Part shown: one piece after another, positions 39,461 to 51,356 of the stretch
How positions within the stretch are numbered: position 1 is the first letter of the stretch
Layout: every line of letters begins with the position of its first letter
Assembly (NCBI GenBank): GCA_964016885.1
Contig: OZ024742.1
Location: forward strand, 301,568,001 to 301,632,000
DNA: 64,000 nucleotides
Source of the DNA: Eledone cirrhosa
Taxonomy: Eukaryota
Reading direction: 5' to 3'
Translations under genes and position numbers: made by a program
The notes under the pieces: model-generated
What the model was told of the DNA's origin: nothing
Database searches by the model: none
The model's input: the letters and a program-made list of their open reading frames with translations, nothing else

Positions 39461-39984
39461 AATATCAAATAATTATTAAAAACGTTACAGGAGTCGCATT
39501 ATAATTAAGTTTCATACATACATATATATATGTGTGTATGTATGTATATATGTTATTCTACTGTAAATTTATTTATATGCTTTGTATATATTATATATAC
39601 ACAAATAATTGTTTCTACTTTAGGCACAAGGCCAGCAAATTACCCAGTGCATTACTGGTACTTTATTTTATCGACCCCGTAAGGATGAAAGGCAAAGTCT
39701 ACCTCGGCGGGATTTGAACTCAGCCGAGGTAGACTTTGCCTTTCATCCTTACGGGGTCGATAAAATAAAGTACCAGTAATGCACTGGGTAATTTGCTGGC
39801 CTTGTGCCTAAAGTAGAAACAATTATTTGTGTATATATAATATATACAAAGCATATAAATAAATTTACAGTATATACACAAATATATATACACAAATAAT
39901 GAATCTGTATATTAAAACATCGTTTGTATTATTCAATCAGTTTATTGAACAACTAGAATGCTCATGGTCAAGTACTTTATACAC

Positions 39985-40035
<51 letters not shown>

Positions 40036-40377
40036 AATCTATATATATGTATATATATGTATGTATATCTATATATGTGTGTGTATGTATATATGTGTGT
40101 ATGTATATATATGTGTGTATGCATATGTGTGTGTGTATGTATATATATATATATGTGTGTGTGTATGCATATGTGTGTGTGTGTATGTATATATATGAAG
40201 ATAAATTAACGGAGCCATAGAGTCGCGTTATTCCCTGTAAATTATGTGCTCAAAGGGAAAGGAATCCTATACATATTGTATATGTATATATATATATGCA
40301 TGTATATATATGTATATGTGTATATATATGCATGTATATTTGTATTTGTATATATGTATATGTGTGTATGTATGTAT

Positions 40378-40618
40378 ATCATCATCATCATCGTTTAACA
40401 TCCATCTTCCACGCTTGCATGGGTTTGGACGGGAGTTTTCCCACTTGAGGCAAGAGTGGTTGTCTTGCTCGTATAGGACTGTCTGGCGGGTTTTCTACGG
40501 CTGGATGCCCTTCCTAACACCAACCACGTTTACAGTGTGGACTGGGAGGGTTTTACCGTGTTACCTACACGGCCACATTACAGCGTGGACTGTATGTTTT
40601 TTGTCGTGACACCTACAC
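40378..40618 (-). mobile_element. distal 3'UTR of the RTE at 47352-49900, split off by the hAT insertion
   Basis: Joins seamlessly with 47360 onward when compared with the intact UTR at 18716-19110. Confidence 0.9.
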
Positions 40619-41571
40619 CAGTGGTCGCCAACCTTTCTAAAACCGAGGAACCCTCTAAATATTTTGAATTCTTCACGGAACCTATACAATACAAAACTTT
40701 TCAAAAAAAAAAAAAGTATTTATTTATTTTAGTGTTTCATGCTTAGTATCAAGGTGTCTTTTAAGTTTTGCAGGATTTAAACAGCTATTTGATAGAACTT
40801 TTGAACATAGCAAACACATGGGCTGATCTGGTATATCTTTTTTAGTGTCAGCTTTTTAAAATCCATATCTAACATAATCATCAGACCACTGTCTAACCTT
40901 ACTGCTGGTATCTAACTTCAGCTTCTTTGCAGTAGACATCATATCAATGTTATTTATCTACAGTTAAACTTTTTAATATGACATTGGCGATATCCAATTT
41001 TAGCGGCATTTAGGCCGCTTACTTGCTGCATACTTCAATGTATGAGGCTATTCCAACAAATTTACATCCCCCCCCCCTTTTTTTTTTAGCCGTTAAAAGA
41101 AATATAGATTTTTTTTTTTTTTTCGGCGATCTATTAGAGAGGGGGTGCTCCCTTCTTCTCTTACCTGTACAAGCCGATATAAAGAGATGGCCCACGTACA
41201 CGGGAAGAAATATAGATTTTTTTGATTTTTTTATTTCAATTTATTAGAGAGGGGGGGTGCTCCCTTCTTCTCTTACCTGTACAAGCCGATATAGAGAGAT
41301 GGCCCACGTACACGGGCCATTATTGCTACTTTCACCCATCTTTCATGGAATTGGCTGGGACTGAGTGCCTTTTTCTCCAAGAGGACCATTTGTTGGTCGG
41401 CGACATCCCCACAATTTCCTCGTTGCAAACGCATCTGGGACATTTCTTTTCCAAGGGGTTTCCGTCCCGGAATCCGTGTCTGTAGAGCCTTTCCCGAACG
41501 GGCAGGGCCTCTCGGTATAATAGTAAGTATTAGCGGTTGTAATAAAAATGCAATCAAAATGTAATAAATAC

Positions 41572-41707
41572 CTTCACTGATTTCTTTCCTTATATTATCA
41601 ACAGAAGTTGGTATGTCACCCAAAGTTCGCTTTGTATGTTCCCGAATAGCAGTGAATTTTGATAAAATTGTTTCTAATTCCTTCTCCACAGTAAGACAAA
41701 TATCCAT
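41572..41707 (-). pseudogene. RMND5: captured RMND5-like exon 1, left-arm copy
   Basis: MDICLTVEKELETILSKFTAIREHTKRTLGDIPTSVDNIRKEISE followed by G|gtattt. Confidence 0.7.
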
Positions 41708-42323
41708 GGGTAGTTGAAGAGGATAAGTATGAAAGAACAGTCATTTAAATTTACAGATGGACAGATGTGGTGTTTGGCGGGGTTTGAGATATATAGAAAA
41801 ATAATTATTTACAGAAAAAGAAAATAATAAAGAATTATTATAATTTTTTTAAAGATTTATATCTTTTTGGACTTTTGGAAGCAAATTTTAAACTGTATAT
41901 CGCAACAATAAAAAAGAAAAAAAATATTTCTTTAAACAATATATTGTTCCGATATACAGTTTAAAATCTTTGGGAAACATCTACCGTCTCCACTCATAAA
42001 GCTGTCATTTCGCCACCGCCACATGAATTCATTCAAATATGACAAACATGGATCGGCTAGTGCCGTTTATTTTTTTTATTTTTTTTTTGGCATGAGACCA
42101 GAGTCCTTCAATATGTTGGGTATGCGTTCTGATACCGGATCGACAAAATTTAGTGAATGATTCACTGTAGAGTGTTGATAATTAACAGGCATATGTCGTA
42201 TGTATCATGGATCCACTCAGCACATGGTTTTGTATAATGGGTAGCAGGGTCTCAGCAGTGCGATCTGGGATTTCTTTAAGAAAAATTTTTCTGGGATTAT
42301 TGGTATCGATCCCACCAATGACC

Positions 42324-42664
42324 TGTAGCGGTTGTCTCCCTTGTTTTGATTAGGATCTAGACGGGAAGTGGAACCCTTTCTGCAACTTCCGGTCAGAGCC
42401 CTATAAAACTAACAACTTTAAGCTTCCTTTCTCTCATTGCCTTTTCGGCACCAGGTCAAGAGCCTCTCATTGGGCTCCGCCATTCATTTGGCCAACAGGC
42501 GCCTGGCTAAGGCCAGGCGGCCTCTGTCAGCCGCGTTTGCCTGGCAATCAAAACGGTAACTACTAACTTTGCTTCATTCTAACAACATCTATCTTTGACA
42601 TGTCTCGTTTTGTTACATTCATACAACCTCAGTAATCTCGCTATATTGGTGACCCTGACGTGAT
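42324..42664 (+). mobile_element. LTR (322 bp) plus tRNA-Trp primer-binding site
   Basis: TGTAGCG...CGCTA(T)A terminal inverted motif and internal CTATAAAA, followed by TGGTGACCCTGACGTGAT, complementary to the tRNA-Trp 3' end with one wobble. Confidence 0.8.
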
Positions 42665-42700
42665 ACGAACACGCAGCCGTTCATCGCTATAAGTGGTCAC

Positions 42701-42731
<31 letters not shown>

Positions 42732-44258
42732 AAAAAAAAATAGCACATCTGGTTTTGTGAGTAACATTACGAATACACAGCAAATTTAGCGACAAACTAT
42801 GAAAATACTCAAGGACACGCACACACGCACATGTGGAATTCGCACAGACATACTTTTTCTCTCACGCATCAATTAACTGTCGCATTTCACCAATATATAT
42901 ATATGTTTCTCGTTTCTTACAACGAACACTTTCAAAACAAAAAAAAAAAAAAAAAAACATTTCACGATATATATATATGTTTCTCGTTTCTTACAACGAA
43001 CTCTTTCAAAACACACAAAAAAAAAAAAGAAATTTGATATTCTTTAAAAAAACATTTCAACAGGAACATTTATTTTCGATGAACCATTGCCTTTTTGTTC
43101 ATCGTTTTCTTCATCGTTCAAGTTTTTTGTTTTTTTCCAAAGTTCACACCAATAATTATGCTGAGTGAAGCCTTTCTTTTTCATCATTGTCACTTTCAAA
43201 ATTGCACTATCATTTTCTCGCGCGTTAGAAATATTATTTTTTTCAACCTTGTATTGGCACGTGTAGGCAGCATAAATTCTCGATTCACAGAGATGTCTCT
43301 ACTCACAGACAGCCGCACGCCAGAGATAACATTTCTCACCAAGGATTCTTCAGCCTTAAGCTATATTCTTCTATTTGCCGGTTTATAAATTTACAATGTA
43401 AATTTACCGTTGATAACCGCGCATTTATTAAGAATGCTTATTTCTCTGGTCGCTGGCCTCTTGACCCTTCCAGGTCAACGCATTCTCAACATCGACCATC
43501 AACTTCGGCTGCTATTTCTAGCACTTTGCGCAACTCATTTTTTCTAAAAAAAAATTTTTTACTGTGAATTTAAACACCGAATACGCTCACTCAGCGAGAC
43601 AACAGCAGCAGCAACAACAATATAACAGCAACAGCAATACATCAATACAGCTTCACCAAAGCCAGAGAATTCATTTTTGCAGCACTCTTCCTGTGAGAAA
43701 ATCCATTCGGAGGTTGGAAATTTCACGATATACCACAGAACAGAAACCACCTGCATTCATTCTCTGGAACACACTTTCTTTCCTGCTGTCATGTGATTGC
43801 ACACCTGTGAACTATATTTTGAACTTTGAGCTCTTCTATTACTTTTACTTTATTACATTGTATCTTTGGGTGATGGATAGATGGATGTCCAGTCGTTCTC
43901 TGGCCAAGAGCGGTTGGCTACCTTGATATCTATCATTGATTTTTTCCAAACATCCTTTTGTCGTAATTTTATGCCAATTCGTGTAAAATACCCAAAGATT
44001 ATGTATATTAATATAAGTTTCACTTTATGAATTTCAGTTTAAAATCAATTATAAGATAATCACCGACAGAGGGCTAATATTTATAATTTTGGGTTATTTT
44101 CCACAATAAAGTGAAACTTATATTAATATACATAATCTTTGGGTATTTTACACGAATTGGCATAACTAGCTCCCTGCCGGTCATTTCAATGCAGATATTG
44201 TTAAAGGTGAAATAACATAGTTCTAATTGATTTTAAACCGAAATTCTGAATAAAGAAA

Positions 44259-45190
44259 ATGCCAGGACGTCCACCTGCACCAATTTTCATTGTTGAAAAT
44301 GTTAATTCATCACAGCAGACGTTAAATATGGATTTGAAAATGAGGGAACTGGCGATTTTAACTGCAAACAAACTCAGTATTATCGAATGTATGGCTCGGA
44401 ACCGATTACTTTCAAACACTATGAACTGTCCTTCATGTAATATTTCCTGTTCGTTTGTAAGTTACAAAGAAGTAATCGACCAATTTCGATGGAAATGTAA
44501 GGTATGCAGTTTAAGAAAATCTGTCCGTTCTGGGTCATTTTTTTTTCGAGGCCACTTAGATTTACATCAAATGATTTATATGATTTACTTCTGGTCAATT
44601 GGGTTCGAAAATATTATTATTGCTGACGAGATTCGGTGTAGTGAAAACACCATTATTGACTGGTGCAACTTTTTACGGGACGTGTGCAGTGAATGGGTGG
44701 ATCGAAACCCATCAAAACTAGGTGGAATGGATGATGACGGAGTCCCAATAGTTGTACAAATCGATGAAAGTAAATACTTTCATCGAAAGTACGCTCGTGA
44801 GACCTGGCATGAAGGCCATTGGGTCATTGGTGGGATCGATACCAATAATCCCAGAAAAATTTTTCTTAAAGAAATCCCAGATCGCACTGCTGAGACCCTG
44901 CTACCCATTATACAAAACCATGTGCTGAGTGGATCCATGATACATACGACATATGCCTGTTAATTATCAACACTCTACAGTGAATCATTCACTAAATTTT
45001 GTCGATCCGGTATCAGAACGCATACCCAACATATTGAAGGACTCTGGTCTCATGCCAAAAAAAAAATAAAAAAAATAAACGGCACTAGCCGATCCATGTT
45101 TGTCATATTTGAATGAATTCATGTGGCGGTGGCGAAATGACAGCTTTATGAGTGGAGACGGTAGATGTTTCCCAAAGATTTTAAACTGTA
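44259..45190 (+). pseudogene. Merlin/ISXO2-like DDE transposase, frameshifted
   Basis: CPSC...WKCKVC zinc ribbon, VQIDESKYFHRKY, WVIGG, DRTAETLLPII, GSMIHT. A deletion removes the second Asp region; out-of-frame H.TVNHS.NFVDP, HTQHIEGLWS and EFMWR follow. Confidence 0.92.
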
Positions 45191-45437
45191 TATCGGAACA
45201 ATATATTGTTTAAAGAAATATTTTCTTTCTTTTTTATTGTTGCGATATACAGTTTAAAATTTGCTTCCAAAAGTCCAAAAAGATATAAATCTTTAAAAAA
45301 ATTATAATAATTCTTTATTATTTTCTTTTTCTGTAAATAATTATTTTTCTATATATCTCAAACCCCGCCAAACACCACATCTGTCCATCTGTAAATTTAA
45401 ATGACTGTTCTTTCATACTTATCCTCTTCAACTACCC

Positions 45438-45573
45438 ATGGATATTTGTCTTACTGTGGAGAAGGAATTAGAAACAATTTTATCAAAATTCACTGCTATT
45501 CGGGAACATACAAAGCGAACTTTGGGTGACATACTAACTTCTGTTGATAATATAAGGAAAGAAATCAGTGAAG
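45438..45573 (+). pseudogene. RMND5: captured RMND5-like exon 1, right-arm copy
   Basis: MDICLTVEKELETILSKF...LGDILTSVDNIRKEISE resembles the RMND5A/GID2 N-terminus as I recall it (MDQCVTVERELEKVLHKF...). Ends at donor G|gtattt. Confidence 0.72.
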
Positions 45574-47351
45574 GTATTTATTACATTTTGATTGCATTTT
45601 TATTACAACCGCTAATACTTACTATTATACCGAGAGGCCCTGCCCGTTCGGGAAAGGCTCTACAGACACGGATTCCGGGACGGAAACCCCTTGGAAAAGA
45701 AATGTCCCAGATGCGTTTGCAACGAGGAAACTGTGGGGATATGTCGCCGGCCAACAAATGGTCCTCTTGGAGAAAAAGGCACTCAGTCCCAGCCAATTCC
45801 ATGAAAGATGGGTGAAAGTAGCAATAATGGCCCGTGTACGTGGGCCATCTCTCTATATCGGCTTGTACATGTAAGAGAAGGGAGCACCCCCCTCTCTAAT
45901 AAATCGCAAAAAAAATAAATAAATCTATATTTCTTTTAACGGCTAAAAAAAGGGGGGAATGTAAATTTGTTGGAATAGCCTCATACATTGAAGTAAGCAG
46001 CAAGCAAGCGGCCTAAATGCCGCTAAAATTGGATATTGCCATGACATTAATAAACAAGAGAAATTAACAGTTTTTTTAATTACAGAAAGTACTTAAATTA
46101 ACTTTAATTTTAGATATTTGGAAAAACTTAACTAGTTAAAAAAAAATTTTAATTTTTAAAAATTGAAATTTCTCCATTTTAGGATGGCAAACATATTATT
46201 TAAAGTCTTATAATAATATTAAAATATTAGAGGTTACTGAAAAAGGTGCAAATTTATAAACAACTAGAAGAAATTTTTTTCAGAGTCCAGCACTTCCTGC
46301 ATATACTACTTTAGGGTCGTATTAAATATTATTGGTAATGTAAATATATTTAAATATCCGCCATACTAAAAGGTGCAAAAAATGCAGATCAGCTGATAGT
46401 GTAGAAGATATGACGATGGTATTGGAAATTAATTCAGATATCTTCTATCTATTTTGACTCAAAGTTAGATATAATATAAGAAGGCTTTAGGCTGCGTTAA
46501 ACATATATTAGATTGGAACAAATAAAGTTTAGTCAAATGCTTGTGGACATATATATTTATTGTATGAAGTAATTTCTCAATTGTGAATGCAGATGTCATC
46601 AAATGAATACATGTGTGGCAAAGTTGATAGTGTATGCATGGAATGCAAAATTACCTTTGTTAGTAGTCGAAACTTTACAGGCGTTATATTTTCTGTACAA
46701 AGTACAACAGAATGTAACGTGTTCTTATTTAGAATTGTCTGTGGAACTGGATGCATGTTGAAAACGACTAGTAAGCGAGTTCACTCTGCGAGGAAACTTT
46801 AGGCGACTTTAAAGCTTTTGTGAGGACAGCAGATTAAAAGGTGTTCTCTATTGAAAACATTCTACTGAACTTACGTTGTGAGAACAGCGAACTGACCCTG
46901 TCTCTCGGCTGAGAGACCTCGCTGAACTGAAGTTTTCAGTTTAAAGTTATGCTGTCATCGACCAACATTTACTTGTTCGTGATTGGTCAATTTCTAAGTT
47001 CAATTAGTGTATTATCAGTAGTAGTCAAATCCTCGGAATTCAGAAAACTATGTCTTTCCAAGAATTGATGTGAAATTGAAAGTATTCAATTTCCACGAAT
47101 CTCAGAACAGTGTTTTTCTACTAATTCAAGTGAGAAACTAAAAGTAGTGTTTTCCACGAATTGGAGTGGAGAACCTGTGTACACTACAATAGTACTCGTT
47201 CATTTATACATTGCACCTTTGGCATTTTCTTTGCACCTTTTTCAGAAAACCCAAAATATTAATGGTAATGTAAATATTTATTTTTTTAAGGAACCCGGAG
47301 TTTGTTCTACGGAACCCCAAGGTTCCGCGGAACCCATGTTGGCGACCACTG

Positions 47352-49905
47352 ACCTACACGACCTCATTTGTTTCGGACTGGATGTTGTGGTACCAACATA
47401 ACTTTACATTGAAAGGGGTGGTGTGGATGGGGTGGGGGCAGTGGGAAGGGGGTGTATTTTTGTTAGAGGTGCCTACTGACTGTAGTAGGTTTCACTTTGT
47501 ACTTAGGTAAGGCGAGTCTTCTGTATTACTGTGTAGCGCCAACGATCTCGGTCCAGTGACATTGTCTTGGAGAGGTGTAAGTGTGTGAGGTCGGAATTTA
47601 TCAAGTCGTCCCAGGTTTTTTTCTGGGTCTGCCTACTCCGTGGCTACCGTCTATTTTTATCGCCCTGCACTTTTTTATACAGCTGTCGTCTTTCATGCGC
47701 ATCACGTGACCGTACCAACGTAGTCTTCTCTCGAGTAAACAACATCTGATCCCTCTTATTTCTAATTTTTCCCCTAGTTCGTTTATGCTTTGCCGTTCAC
47801 GTATATTACTATTACACATCCAGCGGAGCATGCAAGCTTCGTTCCTCTCTAGTCTGCGTATATCCTCTGCACACAATGCCCAGGTCTCACTGCCATGTAA
47901 CATTGCTGTTCGTATGCAGGCATCATACAGCCTGCCTTTCATTTTTAGAGAGAACACTTTAGCGTCTAATAGTGGTATAAGCTCTCTGAACTTTTTCCAT
48001 CCAGTTCTGACTCTAGCTACTGTACTTTCAGAGCACCCTCCACCACTGCTGATTTTGTCACCCAAGTAACGGAAGGTGTCCACTATTTCTAAAAGAACCA
48101 TCTGTGCAATGGAATGAGCTAGTATTGGTGGGCACTTGCTGCTACCAAAGCACCGGCCACATATAAAATCTATATTCTTAGTTAGCTTACCTGTGATCCA
48201 ACTACATCTTTTATGCACCCATACTTTGCATTTGGGACATAAAATGGAGTTTCTACCTACTCCTTTTCTACACACTGAGCATGGCCATTTCCCGGATGGG
48301 ACCGGTGCCCTATTTTCCTTCCTACAAACTAGAACTTTAGTCTTAGACAGGTTAATTTTAAGGCCTTTTGATTCTAGGCCATGCTTCCATGTTTGGAATT
48401 TCTTCTCTAGTTCAGCCATTGAATCAGCTATGAGCGTTAGATCATCTGCGTATAGGAGTTCCCATGGGCAGCCGGCCTTGAACTCCACTGTTATAGCCTG
48501 AAGGGCAATAATAAATAGTAGGGGGCTAAGAACGGAGCCCTGATGAACACCAACATTTATGCTAAACTCTTCACTATATTCATTGTTAATTCTAACCTTG
48601 CTGACTGTTTCTTTATACATGGCTTGTATAGCTCTCACAAGCCATTCATCAACACCTAGTTTTCTAAGAGCCCACCAGATAATGGAACGGGGGACTCTGT
48701 CAAAGGCTTTCTCCAAGTCGACAAAAGCTAAGTATAGGGGTTTACTTTTAGCTAGGTACTTCTCCTGTAGTTGTCGTACAATGAAAAGAGCGTCTGTGGT
48801 ACTTTTACCTGACACAAACCCGAACTGCATTTCATCTAGATCAATTCGCTCTCTGATTAGTTGCGCTATTACTTTTTCTGTGACCTTCATGACCTGGTCG
48901 ATTAATTTAATGCCTCTATAGTTACCCATATCTAGGGCATCTCCTTTACCCTTGTAGCAGTTAATGATCATGCTGCTACGCCAGTCCTTCGGAACAACTC
49001 CATTCTGTATGACTTGGTTTACTATCCGGGTGACCAGAGTGTGTCCCACCGTTCCAGATGCTTTCAGCATTTCAGCAACTATTTCCGAAGGCCCAGCCGC
49101 CTTACCCATCTTCATATCTTTGATTGCCTTACTTATTATACTACCTTCAACTAGCACTGCTGGTCCCTCTGTTGGATCGATGTGGGGGAGACTGTCTTTC
49201 TCCCATTTATTCTCCTCATTTAGTAGCCTTTCGTAGTGACACTTCCAAGCTACCTTCTTATCAGCGTCAGTGATGGCAAGTACGCCATCATCGTTAAGTA
49301 CACACTTCTCCCCGATAATATCACGGTTTTCCTTGACACATTGCCTAGCAATCCTGAACACCTCACGTTTTTGGTCCTCGCGTTGTAGAACATGCTTGAA
49401 CTTTCTTTCCTCTGCTTCTCTTCTTGCGAAGTACACTTGTCTCCTAGCTTCCCTCCTGGCCACTTAATAGTCTTCTCTACTTCCCCCATCCCGCCATACT
49501 TTCCAAGCCTGCTTTTTGGCCTTAATTGACTCCTCCACCTTACTGTTCCACCACCACGTTACTCTCCTCCTGCCTATAGGCCTGCTCCAGCCGCAGACTT
49601 CATCTGTCGCCATCAGCAAGTTTGCTTTCAGGAAATCCCACTGTTCCTCTATATTGTACGACTCTAATTGCTCTCCCTTACAGTCGAAAGCATCAAGTAA
49701 TATGCTTTTAAATTTATTACTGGCTGTGGGGTCCTTTTAGCTTCATATTTTTCTCCTGAGGATAGTCCTCTTCTGTTGTCGAGAACGTCTCGTCCTGACT
49801 ATGAGGTCGCTAATTATGAGTCTATGTTGAGAGGTGCATTATTCATGGGGGAGGGATTTAGTGTTTACAATAGACACTCTGTCACGTCTTCTGGTAAGGA
49901 TATAT
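47352..49905 (-). mobile_element. RTE-clade LINE, 5'-truncated
   Basis: 620-aa ORF 47601-49463 with RT (YADD) and PHD-like finger. End of the APE domain (QHRLIISD) near 49810-49830. Confidence 0.95.
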
Positions 49906-50374
49906 AAGGAAAAACCCTAGAAAATGCTATTTTCATCATTTCTAAAAATAGCAAAACAATTGATGCTTTGAATAGGGCCAAATAGAAGTCGTTAGACATG
50001 CCCAACCAACCGTGATGCCTAAACCAATCAGCTTCAGTAATCCAGTGAAACTACACATCGATTGGTCGAAATACAGTTTGCAAAATTTAGCATTCTGTAG
50101 CCGCTTTTCACTGTATATAAGGCACAAAATTTACCCATCTCATTACAGTTGAAAATTGTAAACTTGACTGTCACCACAGAATATGAACCTGAATATTGCG
50201 AAAGTATGAAATTACTTGTTCAATTAACACTTAATATTCTACCATACTATTTCATTCTAATACCATTATAATTTTAAAGGATTGTAAATAAAACGAGTAA
50301 ATCAGACAAAGTTGGAATTCCTTTTATTAATATAATCTTCTATACAAAATCATACACACCCGTGTATATTTATT

Positions 50375-50406
<32 letters not shown>

Positions 50407-51034
50407 GCTTTTAAGCTATTTTGTAGTATCTCTGTTCAGGAACACACCACTTATATTAAATTTATCTCCCTAGAGCTTCGTAAAAGTCTGAGAGATTGGC
50501 TACATAGATGTTTTGATGTTTTATATATATATTTTTTTTTGTTTAGATGGAAGACAAAACAAAGAAGATGAATACAAAGATGAAGAAGAGAAAGATAAAG
50601 ATGAAGAACCTCACTGCACCGCACTGCACAACACCGCACTGCACAACACCACACTGCACCGCACCACAGTACTCCACACCACATAACACCCAAAAAAATT
50701 TTCCTCAGCATTTTTTCATGTGTTATGAACTAATCCGAACTCAAAGATGTTTGTTATTGACTCTCTCTTCATGGAAAACTTAGGTGGATGCACTTCTCTC
50801 ATTTAACCCCAGAGTTTTCTCTAAGAGATTTTATATGTTATCAACGAATATGACCTCCAAACCAGTTGGAAATGATTAGTTGTTCTAGGAAAAAGGAGAG
50901 GTAAAGCAGGTGGAAAAACCATTGTTGTTTTGTAGATATATACCCTAATGATTTTTCTTCGGTCTCCTTTTGAGTGCTATCAACTAATCTGACCTTTTAG
51001 TTGTTCTGAATCAATTTTTTTTCTTCTGGGATTT

Positions 51035-51356
51035 GGAAACTAAAACTAAATTAAACATAAAATTAAATCTAGCCCCAACTCTAAACTCTAAATCTAAACC
51101 AAACAAAGCTAAATCTAAATATAAACATTACCCCAACCCTTAAACTAAACCCTAAAACTAGACCCTAAACATTACCCCAAACCTAAATCTAAACCCTAAA
51201 CTTTACCCCAAACCTAAAACTAAATCCTAAACTTTAACCTAAACTTTACTCCAACCCTAAAACTAGACCCTAAACATTACCTCAACCCTAAAACTAAACC
51301 CTAAACTTTACCCCAACCCTAAAACTAAACCCTAAAAATTACCCTAAACCTAACCC
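51035..51356. repeat. telomere-like (CCCTAA-related) degenerate tract
   Basis: AACCCTAAAACTAAACCCTAAACTTTACCCC units. Duplicated at ~59565-59836. Confidence 0.8.

Larger units (their letters stand above)
40986..46040 (+). mobile_element. composite Merlin (IS1016/ISXO2-like) transposon with ~1.2-1.3 kb inverted arms
   Basis: Ends GGCGATATCCAATTTTAGCGG / CCGCTAAAATTGGATATTGCC; 8-bp TSD ATGACATT (40978-40985, 46041-46048). 40986-42323 is the reverse complement of 44822-46040. Confidence 0.92.
40619..47351 (-). mobile_element. hAT (Charlie/Buster-like) element, internally deleted
   Basis: 14-bp TIR CAGTGGTCGCCAAC; 8-bp TSD ACCTACAC (40611-40618, 47352-47359). BED-finger remnant KVRQWSDDYVRYGF*...PMCLLCSKVLSNSCLNPAKLKRHLDTKH at ~40740-40943 (-). 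Confidence 0.92.

Noticed and set aside
45438-45815. 125-aa ORF as a functional RMND5 gene
   Set aside because: Similarity ends at the splice donor after 45 codons. The rest is intron or transposon read-through, and no further RMND5 exons were seen.
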